A stretch of DNA of 64,000 nucleotides, from positions 110,735,093-110,799,092 of the forward strand of contig NC_052163.1 of the NCBI RefSeq assembly GCF_902713615.1, in the 5' to 3' direction. A model generated the notes under the pieces. That model saw only the letters and a program-made list of their open reading frames with translations. It did no database searches and was not told the DNA's origin. The number at the start of each line of letters is the position of its first letter. The first letter of the stretch is position 1. Origin of the DNA: Scyliorhinus canicula (lineage: Eukaryota). The translations under genes and the position numbers were made by a program. Positions 1 to 11,442 of the stretch are shown one piece after another.

Positions 1-640
1 GGAATATCTCCTGATCCAACAGTGACAGGAATATCTCCTGATCCAACAGCGACAGGAATATCTCCTGATCCAACAGTGGCAGGAATATCTCCTGCTCCAA
101 CAACAGGAATATCTCCTGATCCAACAGTGACAGGAATATCTCCTGATCCAACAGTGACAGGAATATCTCCTGATCCAACAGCGACAGGAATATCTCCTGA
201 TCCAACAGTGGCAGGAATATCTCCTGCTCCAACAACAGGAATATCTCCTGATCCAACAACAGGAATATCTCCTGATCGAACAACAGCAAGACTATCTCCT
301 GATCCAACAGCAACAGGAATATCTCAGGATGCAGGACTGACAAGAACATCTCCAGGTACAGCAATGTCAGGAGGATCTACAGATCTAACAGTGAGAGAAA
401 TGTCCACTGATTAAGCAGCGTCAGGAAGATCTTCTGATCTAGCAGTGATGAGATGATCTCCTGATCTAGCAGTGATGAGATGATCTCCTGATCTAGCAGT
501 GATGAGAAGATCTCCTGATCTAGCAGTGATGAGAAGGTCTCCTGAACCAACAATGACTAGAAGATCTCCTGATCCACAGCAACAGGAACAGGTCAAGATC
601 CAGCAGTGACAGGATGTCCTCCAGATACAGCTGTAACAGA
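1..640. repeat. 27-bp minisatellite (ggaatatctcctgatccaacagtgaca and variants), continuing off the left edge
   Basis: Direct tandem copies with some 24-bp deletion variants and a local variant block gatgagatgatctcctgatctagcagt at about 440-540. Confidence 0.95.
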
Positions 641-642
641 AA

Positions 643-823
643 GGCGGCATTGTGGCGCAGTGATCATCCCTGCAGCCTCACGGCGCTGAGTACCCGGGTT
701 CGATCCCAGCCCTGGGTCACTGGCCATGTGGAGTTTGTACATTCTCCTCCACAAACCAAAGATGTGCCAGGAAGGTAGATTGGCCATGATAAATTGCCCC
801 CTAAATGGAAGCATTACAAAAAA
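643..823 (+). mobile_element. tRNA-derived V-SINE (HE1-like), A-tailed form, internally deleted
   Basis: A-box-like tggcgcagtg, B-box ggttcgatccc and V-domain remnant aaagatgtgc..ggtagattggccatgataaattgccc; inserted in the 27-bp array. Confidence 0.8.
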
Positions 824-824
824 C

Positions 825-1409
825 CAAGAAGATCTCCAAATCGAATAGCGACAGGAATATCTCCTGAACCAACAGTGACAGGAATATCTCCTGATCCAAC
901 AGTGACAGCAAGATCTCTAGATCCATCAGTCAGATGAAGATCTCCTTATGCAACATTGACAGGAGTATCTCCTGATCCAATAGTAACATAAAGATCTCCA
1001 AATACAACAGTGACATAAAGATCTGAGACATGAGTGATAGGGAGATCTTCTGATCCAACAGTGACAGCAAGGTCTGCAGATCCCACCGTGACAGGAAGAT
1101 ATCCTGGTTCAACAGCGATGGGAAGATTGTCTGATCCAGCAGTGACAGGACGTTCTCCTGATCCAAATCTGACAGGGTTATCTCCTCATGCAACAAAGAC
1201 AGGAAGATCTCCATATTCAAAAGCAACAGCAGAGTCTCCTGATCCAACAGTGACTGAAAGATCTCCTGGTCCAACAGTGACAGGAATATCATTAGATCCA
1301 ACAGTGACAGGAAACTCTCCTGATTCAACATTGGTGGAATCACACCAGTTCCAACAGTGACATAAAGTTTTCCTGATCCAATAGTGACAGGGAGATCTCC
1401 CGAATTAGC
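825..1409. repeat. 27-bp minisatellite, degenerate part
   Basis: Diverged copies of ggaagatctcctgatccaacagtgaca. Confidence 0.85.
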
Positions 1410-1721
1410 AACAAAGAACAAAGAAAAGTACAGCACAGGAACAGGCCCTTCGGTCCTCTAGGCCTGTGCCGACCATGCTGCCCTCCTAAACTAAAATCTT
1501 CCACACTTCCTGGGTCCGTATCCCTCTATTCCCAAACTTTTCATGTATTTGTCAAGATGCCCCTTAAATGTCTGCTTCCAAGACCTCCTCCGCAGTGAGT
1601 TCCAGGCACCCACCACCCTCTGTGTAAAAAACTTGCCTTGTACATCTCCTCTAAACCTTGCCCCTCGCACCTTAAATCTATGCCCCTGAGTAATTGACCC
1701 CACTACCCTGGGAAAAAGCCT
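1410..1721 (-). mobile_element. CR1 LINE 3' fragment
   Basis: ORF 1491-1703 (GHRFKVRGARFRGDVQGKFFTQRVVGAWNSL) resembles the CR1 ORF2 C-terminus; the 3' tail reads gcctgttcctgtgctgtacttttctttgttctttgt on the minus strand. Confidence 0.9.
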
Positions 1722-2350
1722 GTGACAAGAAGTTCTCCAGATTTAGCAGTGACAGGAAGTTCTCCAGATTTAGCAGTGACAGGAAGTTCTCCAGATCTAG
1801 CAGTGGCAGGAAGTTCTCCAGATCTAGCAGTGACAGGACGTTCTCCAGATCTAGCAGTGACAGGAAGCTCTCCAGATCTAGCAGTGACAGGAAGTTCTCC
1901 AGATCTAGCAGTGACAGGAAGTTCTCCAGATCTAGCAGGGACAGGAAGTTCTCCAGATCTAGCAGTGACAGGAAGTTCTCCAGATCTAGCAGTGACAGGA
2001 AGTTCTCTAGATCTAGCAGTGACAGGAAGTTCTCCAGATCTAGCAGTGACAGGAAGTTCTCCAGATCTAGCAGTGACAGGAAGTTCTCCAGATCTAGCGG
2101 TGACAGGAAGTTCTCTAGATCTAGCGGTGACAGGAAGTTCTCCAGATCTAGCAGTGACAGGAAGTTCTCCAGATCTAGCAGTGACAGGAAGTTCTCCAGA
2201 TCTAGCGGTGACAGGAAGTTCTCTAGATCTAGCAGTGACAGGAAGTTCTCCAGATCTAGTAGTGACAGGAAGCTCTCCAGATTGAACAATGACAGGAAGA
2301 TCTCTGATCCAGCAGTGATAGGAAGATCCCCAGGCGCAACTGTGGCAGGA
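1722..2350. repeat. 27-bp minisatellite, homogeneous variant (gtgacaggaagttctccagatctagca), about 21 copies
   Basis: Near-perfect tandem copies; the 9-aa periodic ORFs on both strands are by-products. Confidence 0.95.
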
Positions 2351-2488
2351 GGTCCCCCCCATCCCTCATGCTCACTCAACAAAAGATTTGGAGGTCACAT
2401 TCTCTGCAGAGGATTGTTGGATTTCCACCGATGGGAGGTAAAGAGCTACGATACTTGTTACCCCCAATGGCGTATTTTTTTTAACGGA

Positions 2489-2676
2489 AGTCCAAAGATG
2501 TGCAAGTTAGGTGGATTGGACATGATAAATTGCCCGTAGTGTAAGGTTAATGGGGGGATTGTTGGGTTACGGGTATACGGGTTACGTGGGTTTAAGTGGG
2601 GTGGTCATTGTTCGGCACAACGTCGGGGGCCGAAGGGCCTGTTCTGTGCTGTACTGTTCTATGTTCTATGTTCTAA
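2489..2676 (+). mobile_element. HE1-like V-SINE, 3' half with CR1-type tail
   Basis: gtccaaagatgtgcaagttaggtggattgg ... gggccgaagggcctgttctgtgctgtactg(ttctatg)n. Confidence 0.85.
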
Positions 2677-3031
2677 GAATATTAAGGAAAGGATGTTTGA
2701 ATGTGGCCAATCACCTTACGCCGGACCAGAGGGCACGAATTCTCAGACTAATGCAATTGGTCCGTGTGAGCCTGAGCTGAGAGAATGAGTGAGGTGTAGC
2801 GAGGAGCAGGATGATGTTTGATGGGGTCACACAGAAGAGGATTGGAATGATAGTACTACCTGGCTTGACCCATCCACTTCAAGACATGAGCCCGTGACCT
2901 TCCCTGGCTACTTCTGCCCTCCTTAACCTCTAACGGCCAACTTTGACTGTCGGATTTCCTCTCAATGCAGGCACTTCTCAGAAAATGTCATGGGGCAGAT
3001 AATTTTCGACTAATGAAAATGGTTCAGACCC

Positions 3032-3870
3032 ATACACCCTGCTGGAGCGATTGCTGCTCCCGGATGTGGAAGGGGAGGGAAGAATTGGGGATATATACAA
3101 GTGGCTGGGGGAGTAAGCAGGCGAGCGGGTGGTGAAGATCAAGGGGAAATGGGAAGTGGAGTTGGGAGGGGAGATCAGTTGGGGAGTATGGAATGAAGCA
3201 CTGCGAAGGATAAACGGGACCTCCTCTTTTGCGAGGCTGAGCCTGATACAGTTTAAGGTGGTGCACAGGGTGCATGTGACTCGGGCGAGAATGAGTGGGT
3301 TCTTTCAGGGGGTAGCAGATGAGTGTGAGAGGTGTGGGCGGGGGCCAGCGAATCATGGGCACATGTTTTGGGGTTGCGAAAATTGGGAAGATTCTGGGCG
3401 GGGGTGTTCGTGGTCTTAGCCAGGAGAGTGGAGGAGGAGGTGGACCCGGACCCTTTGGTGGCGATATTTGGGGTCTCAGAGAAGCCGGAGCTCATGGAGA
3501 AGAGGAAGGCTGATGTCTTGGCCTTCGCCTCTCTGATTTCATGGCGGCGAATTTTGCTGGAGTGGCGCTCAGCCTCGCCACTGGGGTAGTGGCATGGTTG
3601 GGTGACCTGTATGACTTCCTGCGGTTAGAGAAGATAAAGTATGAGTTAAGGGGCTCTTCAGAGGGGTTTGAGGAAAGGTGGTGGATGTTAGTGACTGTGT
3701 TTGAGGGGCTGTTTGTCGCAGGGAAGGGGGAGGGGGGGGGAGGTGAAACAGAGGAAACATCTGTACAGACTGTATAGTTGATTGTAGGAAAGCATGTTTC
3801 CCGGGGTGTTTGTTCGCTGTAACGTGTTTTGATGCATGTTTTTAATAAAATACATTTGAAAAAAAAAGAG
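3032..3870 (+). mobile_element. 5'-truncated L1-clade LINE with poly(A) tail and target-site duplication
   Basis: zf-RVT-like peptide (LIQFKVVHR...CERCGRGPANHGHMFWGC), aataaa at 3844, A-tail about 3859-3867, and TSD aatggttcagaccc at 3018-3031 and 3871-3884. Confidence 0.92.
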
Positions 3871-4288
3871 AATGGTTCAGACCCCTAGCTGCACTGATGG
3901 GAGCTCTGTTGCCCACATATTAACAGCAGCTCATTAAAACTCCACATAGAAGGTTTGAACACAGTTACGTTCTAAAACTTGCCGAAATGAAAACAAAATT
4001 TTCTGAAACCAGCCTGGCAAAACTGAGCAGGAAGAAACAAAACAGGATTTGAGTTCCATCGAGTAAAGTTACACGGAGAAGGCATAATGAGCAAATTTAT
4101 TTTAATATATCAAATTATAAATCATCTGTCCGATTAATAGCAACAATACTGTAAATACAATCGTAAAAATATAATGCTAGCAGAATACTGGTGACAAAGT
4201 AACTAACCAGTTCGATAAATTATTTGAGCTGTGATTTAAACTCAGCCATTTTTCAGGCGCCTTAGAAATCTCAGTTTCTTCTCTTGGG

Positions 4289-4649
4289 ATTACGATATAG
4301 ACAAGGGATTAACTCTGATGCACAAGAAGTTGCTTTGTCATTGCTGACGTCAAGGACTACATTCCATCTAACCAGGTGTGGTGATCGTAGATTTGACTAG
4401 ATGCAATACAACTGAGCAAACACTAGAGGGAGCACGGGAGAGCTATAAGTACACCGGGACAGGAAGTGAGGACACACTTCACGGAAGGCAGAACTCGTAG
4501 CAGGACACGGACACACAAGCAGCCAGCATTAGAGGTAGCCGTAAGTTAAGCTCTGAAGAGAGAACGAGTTCACAATAAAGCATCTTCTCCACATTTGAGA
4601 CTACGAACTTTATTAAGACACGAGGAACAACACATGGTACCAGGAGTGG
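4289..4649 (+). mobile_element. Orphan 5' LTR followed by a tRNA-Leu(UAA)-type primer-binding site
   Basis: TATA-like ctataag (about 4444), aataaa (about 4574), end ...aacaaca, then tggtaccaggagtgg (4635-4649), complementary to the vertebrate tRNA-Leu(UAA) 3' end as I recall it. Left boundary approximate. Confidence 0.7.
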
Positions 4650-5141
4650 CTTCAGAAGCTTACTACAGGACAACTCCAGGGTTCCCTGAAACCTTCCAAT
4701 AGAGGAATTCCCATGGGAATTTACCCTCTAATATTTAGCAGAAGCGAGGAGGCTGAATGGGGTTTAGATGTTCTTGGTGGTGACACTTGGAGTAATAACC
4801 CTAGTTTTAGCAGTAGAGAGTGAGTCTGAGATGTGACTGAAGTGAATGGAGGCTCCAGCAGTTTGGGGATCCTCTGCTAGATGTAGAATCCGGTTTACTG
4901 ATGCATGTGTCTCTCTCTGAAGTGTCAGGGAAGGTGAGATATTGACCTCAGATCACCACCTGGGGGAAACCAAAAATTATTCCAGAAAGCATTTTGAAAT
5001 ATTAGGAAGAATAATTTCTTCCACAGTAACTGAGTGACCAGATTCTGGAGTAATTTCATCACAGAGTTACACAGAAATTTATCAATATAAATGTTGGAAC
5101 TATAAATCATCACAGCACAAATGTAGGCAAATCCCAAATCC

Positions 5142-5810
5142 TCAAACTAATCCCACTGTCCCACTCTCTCCTCATAAACTCTGTATCAATCCCAAACTAA
5201 TCCCACTGCCCCACTCTCTCCACATAGCCCTGTATCAATTCCAAACTAATCCCACTGCCCCACTCTCTACACATAGCCCTGTATCAATCCCAAACTAATC
5301 CCACTGCCCCACTCTCCACACAGCCCTGTATCAATCCCAAACTAATCCCGCTGCCCCAATGTCTCCTCATAAACTCTGTATCAATCCCAAATTAATCTCA
5401 ATGGCCCAACCCTCTACCCATAGCCTGTATCAATCCAAAACTAATCTCACTGGCCCACTCTCTCCCCATAGCCCTGTATCAATCCCAAACTAATCCCACT
5501 GCCCCACTCTCTCTCCCCATAGCCCTGTATTAATCCCAAACTAATCCCTCTGCCCACTCTCTCTCCCCAGCCCTATATCAATCCCAAACTAATCCCACTG
5601 CCCCAGTCTCTCCACATAGCCCTGTATCAATCCCAAACTCATCCCACTGCCCCACTCTCTCTCCCCAGCCCTGTATCAATCCCAAACTAATCCCACTGCC
5701 CCACTCTCTACCCATAGCCCTGTAATAATACCAGATTAATCCCACTGCTCCAACTCTCTCCACATAGCCCTGTATCAATCCCAAACTAATCTGCCCCGCC
5801 CTCTCTCCTA
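5142..5810. repeat. About 50-bp minisatellite (ctgtatcaatcccaaactaatcccactgccccactctctccccatagcc), about 13 copies
   Basis: Direct tandem copies; the minus strand reads QGYGERVGQWD-like, as at a CR1 ORF2 end. Confidence 0.9.
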
Positions 5811-5819
5811 GTCCTCCGA

Positions 5820-6100
5820 TCCAAATATTTCTGTTTGCAGGTGGGATGGTTTCTGCTTCACCATTTCCTGCAGCAGGATTTTGCTCCGACAACTAACGAC
5901 ATTCCTCCTATTGCCTTTGTGGTCATTTTAAGGCAATCCCTTGTCACTTATTCCCCATCCAGAGAAAATGGTCTTTCCCAATCTGCCTCTCAAAACCTTT
6001 CTTAATATTGAGAACTCTGTTAAATCCCCTCCTGATAAAGCCTCCTCCCCCGCCAATGTGTAATATTGGCTAGTTTGCATTGACCACACTCTGTGCCCAG
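5820..6100 (-). mobile_element. Decayed CR1 LINE fragment
   Basis: ORF 5928-6122 contains GGDLTEFSILRKVL, resembling CR1 RGDLIEVFKIMKG. Confidence 0.5.
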
Positions 6101-6323
6101 TCCCAAACTGGACACAGCTCACAATCTGTCACTTCACCGGACCCTCGATAATTCTTTCCTTACTCATGCATTCTGTCTCTCCATTTATTCAGCTCAGAAT
6201 TGGGTTTGCCCTACTTTGATGGATTATCTTCCTGTATTTGGCTCTCAGGAAATTCCTGCTCTGAATCCCTCGGTTTCTCCTGATCCAAACCTTTCCACAC
6301 ATTTCCGTTCACTCCCATTCCAT

Positions 6324-7387
6324 TTAAACACGCTTTGCGGGTGCCATGGCCTTGGATACTGATGAGCTGTCTGTGTGAATAAGTGTTTTCTTGGACCCTG
6401 CGCCCTTTGTAACCTTACTAAGCCATCTTATACTTCTCACCTTGTCCCTGAACTCATCCGAGATGTAATAGTAAATGAAGGGGTCGATGCAGTTATTGAA
6501 GGTGCTCAGCACCAGGCAGAGCATGTAGAATAAATACAGCTCACTGCTATCCCACAGCCGATACTCGGAGTGATGGATGAGCAGGATTATGTTACTGGGA
6601 GTGAAACAGACCAAATACACGATCAGCACCAATACCATGGCTCTTATGGCTTTCGCATATTTGTCATCATTGATCATCAGCTTTTTGATTATGGACACAT
6701 AGCAGAATATAGTAACAAAACAAGGAATAAGGAACTCGAACACAACTAAACACACAAAGTAGTAAAAGAAATAACCGGACTGCAATTCTCTTGGCAAAAC
6801 GTCGTGGCAGGTGGTGACGTTCAGGTCCTGGATCAGGTATGTCTGCTGCTGGGTGAGAAACGGTATCATGGAGGCTGTGACAATCAACCAGATCAACAAA
6901 CAACAACAAACAGCAAACCCATTGTCCCTGAAGCGCCTGGAGAGGAATGGACGCACCAGAGCGAAGTATCTGTCGATGCTGATGAAGGTGAGCAGCAGGA
7001 TGGAGCAGTACATGTTCCCATAGAAGAAGGCGGTCATCGCCCGACAGAGACCCTCGCCAAAGAGCCAGTCGTTGCCCAGGAGGTGGTAGGAGATCTTGAA
7101 CGGCAGCACCAGGATCAGCAGAAGGTCGGCGGCAGCCAGGTTGATCAGGAAGATGGTGGATGGCAACCGCTGGACCTTAGTGATGAGATTGTACACAGCC
7201 ATCCCATTGGTTGGAAGGCCAATGACAAAGATGATGATATAAAGGGCAGGGGTCAGGGCTGTGGTGATGCTGCTGGTTAGGTGATACTTTCCTGATTCGT
7301 TTAAAACGTACTTTTGATTGTTTGACACCTTTGTTGGAATAGGATCAAGGGCTAAACCTCTTCCAAGTTCAATTTGTCCTGAGAACT
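6324..7387 (-). CDS. F2RL3: Proteinase-activated receptor 4-like GPCR, gene A, exon 2 (spliced product 381 aa)
   Basis: 7TM with RLPSTIFLINLAAADLL, DRY, ECL2 TCHDVLP, DPFIYYY and EFRDKVR, closest to PAR4 among PARs by my recall. Acceptor tttctttttgtctgtatag|AG is phase 1 (alternative AG would start the exon at 7378). Stop at 6324-6326. Orthology needs phylogeny. Confidence 0.9.
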
Positions 7388-7542
7388 CTATACAGACAAA
7401 AAGAAACTGAAACATTAGAATCACCGGTTGCTATGTTTAATACTCCCCAATCTTTTCAATGACAATTTCCTGCTCCGTTCCTTTGCTCAGATCTTTCATA
7501 TGTCTCAAGTCTCTTTCACCATGTGCCCAAGTAGCTAAGGGC

Positions 7543-8350
7543 CTGTAAAGTTAGGCCAGATACAGAATTGGACAATCTAACTTAGGCAGCAGCCAACAGT
7601 TGAGCAGCCAGGCCTGATGGGAATTCGGACAGGCCATGTTTAAACACAGACAGTGGCCAGAGGCAAGCCTGGGCAAGCCTGGACTTGTCCTGGAAGCTGG
7701 GTCTCGACCTTGGTCAAATAAGGACATTGTTTTGTGTATCTGCCAGCATCGTCCAGATTCACTGGCGGCTCAGTTACCACATATGGAAATATGGAAAGGG
7801 CTACAAACACTCTGGGTACCTAAGGATGGACACCCAGGGTGCTCCTGGCATCTTCCATATAAACAATCGGCAATCCTATTGGATGTTGCCCCTGCCCCCC
7901 ACACACACACACAAACACACACATATCCCGGTAGCCTAATTGGCTGGAAGCCAGATAATCTTCCAGAAAGCCCTGAGAAAGAGGGAAGGGTGTATAAGAA
8001 GAGAGACCTGAAGGCCACCCCCAACCAAGACTCCACCAACCTGTAAAGACACGGCGACAGCGGAAGAGGGTATGTGAGGCCAACCCTTGCGAAGAAGACC
8101 CTGAGTTCTGACCCGGAATGGGCAAGCTCAGCAAAGACATGGAGTATCCAGCAAAGGAACCTGGCCAAACTCAACTGCACGGGTAGTATCAGAGTCAGAC
8201 TTGCTGATGAGTGAGATTGGGGCAGAGGCTGAGGTTTCTCTACTGATACAGAGACAGTGCTGAGCTCATCGCCATGGGAAACCCAGCCATGGGTCAGAGT
8301 GGCAAACCACATCTACAGATTCTCCAACAATCATGACTGGGATTGTAGAA
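7543..8350. mobile_element. Possible LTR-like repeat in gene A intron
   Basis: Begins tgtaaagttagg and has TATA-like gtataag at about 7992; no defined right end or TSD. Confidence 0.3.
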
Positions 8351-9469
8351 TCTACACCCACACTCCCTCTACACTGTCCCCATCAAACACTGACAGGAAA
8401 GTACAGCACGGGGTTAAAAATAGAGTAAATCTCCCTTTACACTGTACCCATCAAAGACTCCCAGCACAGATACAGCACAGGGTTAGATACAGAGTAAAGC
8501 TCCCTCTACACTGTCCCCATCAAACACTCCCAGGACAGATACAGCACAGGGTTAGATACAGAGTAAAGCTCCCTCTACGCTGTCCCCATCAAACACTCCC
8601 AGGACAGGTACAGCACGGGGTTAGATACAGAGTAAAGCTCCCTCTACACTGTCCCCATCAAACACTCCCAGGACAGGTACAGCACGGGGTTAGATACAGA
8701 GTAAAGCTCCCTCTACACTGTCCCCATCAAACACTGCCAGGACAGGTACAGCACGGGGTTAGATACAGAGCAAAGCTCCCTACACACTGTCCCCATCAAA
8801 CACTCCCAGGACAGGTACAGCACGGGGTTAGATACAGAGTAAAGCTCCCTCTATACTGTCCACATCAAACACTCCCAGGACAAGTACAGCACGGGGTTAG
8901 AAACAGAGTAAAGCTCCCTCTACACTGTCCCCATCAAACACTCCCAGGACAGGTACAGCACGGGCTTTGATACAGAGTAAAGCTCCCTCCACACTGTCCC
9001 AATCAAACACTCCCAGGACAGGTACTGCACGGGGTTAGAAACAGAGTAAAGCTCCCTCTACACTGTCCCCATCAAACACTCCCAGGACAGGTACAGCACG
9101 GGGTTAGAAACAGAGTAAAGCTCCCTCTACACTGTCCCCATCAAACACTCCCAGGACAGGTACAGCACGGGCTTAGATACAGAGTAAAGCTCCCTCTACA
9201 CTGTCCCAATCAAACACTCCCAGGATAGATACAGCACGGGGTTAGATACAGAGTAAAGCTCCCTCTACACTGTCCCAATCAAACACTCCCAGGACAGGTA
9301 CTGCACGGGGTTAGATACAGAGTAAAGCTCCCTCTACACTGTCCCCATCAAACACTCCCAGGATAGATACAGCACGGGGTTAGATACAGAGTAAAGCTCC
9401 CTACACACTGTCCCCATCAAACACTCCCAGGACAGATACAGCCCGGGGTTAGATACAGAGTAAAGCTAA

Positions 9470-9698
9470 CTTTACAGTCTGGAGCGCATTGCCTGGGAGG
9501 GTGGTAGAGGCGGGTCACCTCACATCCTTTAAAAAGTACCTGAATGAGAACTTGGCATGTCTTAACATTAAGGGCTATGGGCCAAGTGCTGGCAATGGGA
9601 TTAGGAATGGCAGATCAGGTGCATTTCATGTGGCGGTGCAGCAGACTCGATGGGCTGAAGAGCCTTTTCTGCACTGTATTTTTCTTTAATTCTGTGAA
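9470..9698 (+). mobile_element. CR1 LINE 3' fragment inserted in the satellite
   Basis: Peptide LPGRVVEAGHLTSFKKYLNE...KGYG followed by the tail gggctgaagagccttttctgcactgta. Confidence 0.8.
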
Positions 9699-10727
9699 CT
9701 CTACACTGCCCCATCAAACATTCCCAGGACAGGTACAGCACAGGCTTAGATACAGAGTAATGCCAAATATACATGGTCCCGATCAAACACTCCCAGGAAA
9801 GGTACAGCATGGGGTTAGATACAGAGTAAAGCTCCCTCTACACTGTCCCCATCAAACACTCCCAAGACAGGTACAGCACAGGGTTAGATACAGAGTAAAG
9901 CTCCCTCTACACTGTCCCCATCAAACACTCCCAAGACAGTTACAGCACAGGGTTAGATACAGAGTAAAGCTCCCTCTACACTGTCCCCGTCAAACACTCC
10001 CAGGGTAGGTACGGCACGGGGTTAGATACAGAGTAAAGCTCCCTCTACACTGTCCCCATCAAACACTCCCAGGACAGGTACAGCACGGGCTTAGATACAG
10101 AGTAAAGCTCCCTCTACACTGTCCCCATCAAACACTCCCAGGACATGTACAGCACGGGGTTAGATACAGAGTAAAGCTCTCTCTACACTGTCCCCATCAA
10201 ACACTCCCAGGGCAGGTACAGCACGGCTTAGATACAGAGTAAAGCTCCCTCTACACTGTCCCCATCAAACACTCCCAGGACAGGTACAGCACGGGCTTAG
10301 ATACAGAGTAAAGCTCCCTCTACACTGTCCCCATCAAACACTCCCAGGACATGTACAGCACGGGGTTAGATACAAAGTAAAGCTCCCTCTACACTGTCCC
10401 CATCAAACACTCCCAGGACATGTACAGCACGGGGTTAGATACAGAGTAAAGCTCCCTCTACACTGTCCCCATCAAACACTCCCAGGACATGTACAGCACG
10501 GGGTTAGATACAGAGTAAAGCTTCCTCTACACTGTCCCCATCAAACACTCCCAGGACAGGTACAGCACGGGCTTAGATACAGAGTAAAGCTCCCTCTACA
10601 CTGTCCCCATCAAACACTCCCAGGACATGTACAGCACGGGGTTAGATACAGAGTAAAGCTCTCTCTACACTGTCCCCATCAAACACTCCCAGGGCAGGTA
10701 CAGCACGGCTTAGATACAGAGTAAAGC

Positions 10728-11044
10728 CAGCGCCGGCCCTAGGGTTGCTGGTGCCCCGGGCAAGATGAACTTCGGCGCCCTTGGGGGGGGGGGCGGGGCC
10801 GAGGGGGGGGGGCGGACCCGAGGGGGGGGGCGGGAGGGGCGGACCCGAGGGGGGGCGGGGGGGGACCGAGCCGGGGGGGGGGGGGGTGGACCGGGGGGGG
10901 CCGCCCTGGTGGAGGGCGGCCACCGCGCATGCGCTGGTTGGCACCGGCCCAACTGCGCATGCGCGGGACCCGAGTCTCTGGCGCCCCCTAGCACATGGCG
11001 CCCCGGGCGACTGCCCGAGTTGCTGGTGCCTTGAGCCGGCCCTG
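10728..11044. mobile_element. Non-autonomous hAT-type DNA transposon (MITE), 317 bp
   Basis: TIRs cagcgccggc / gccggccctg and exact 8-bp TSD agtaaagc at 10720-10727 and 11045-11052. Confidence 0.9.
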
Positions 11045-11442
11045 AGTAAAGCTCCCTCTGCACTGTCCCCATCAAACATTCACAGGACAGGTACAGCGCG
11101 GGGTTAGATACAGAGTAAAGCTCCCTCTACACTGTCCCCATCAAACACTCCCAGGGAAGATACAACATGGGGTCAGATACAGAGTAACGCCCTCTCTCCA
11201 CTCTATGATTCAGCACTTAGTGGCTGTCCAGTGGTTCGATGCTGTTAAGTTATTTCACAGGTTCAGTGCAGAGTGAGAATAATGTTGAATTGACATCGGT
11301 TACTCTCCATATCTTGCTCACAGACAGTGTTTAAGAAATTCAGAATGCCCAGCGGGAAAGAGCAGAATAAACATTAAGAGAAAGGGTCATTTTTCTTTTC
11401 CACTGCAGTTTGTGCTGCTGGCCTGAAAGTTTGATGTCTTAC

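Larger units (their letters stand above)
8360..11200. repeat. 69-bp tandem satellite (cagcacggggttagatacagagtaaagctccctctacactgtccccatcaaacactcccaggacaggta), about 33 copies, in gene A intron
   Basis: Highly regular tandem copies giving 23-aa periodic ORFs; interrupted by two insertions. Confidence 0.97.

Noticed and set aside
22-2539. Mucin-like or SR-like ORFs (TGISPDPT, RKFSRSSSD, LDLENFLSL)
   Set aside because: Products of a 27-bp minisatellite, open in several frames on both strands and interrupted by SINE/LINE insertions.
6804-7280. Antisense ORFs over both receptor genes (also 31178-31669)
   Set aside because: Shadow frames; their similarity to each other only reflects the near-identical sense sequence.
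7388-7424. ORF-track N-terminus MILMFQFLFVCI of gene A (likewise MLTLMIYFCT at 31738-31768)
   Set aside because: These are intronic polypyrimidine/acceptor sequence; proper signal-peptide exons exist upstream.
8257-10008. His/Cys-containing periodic ORFs (also 13575-14031 and 59751-60713)
   Set aside because: Translations of 69-, 42- and 33-bp tandem repeats, with no splice or domain support.
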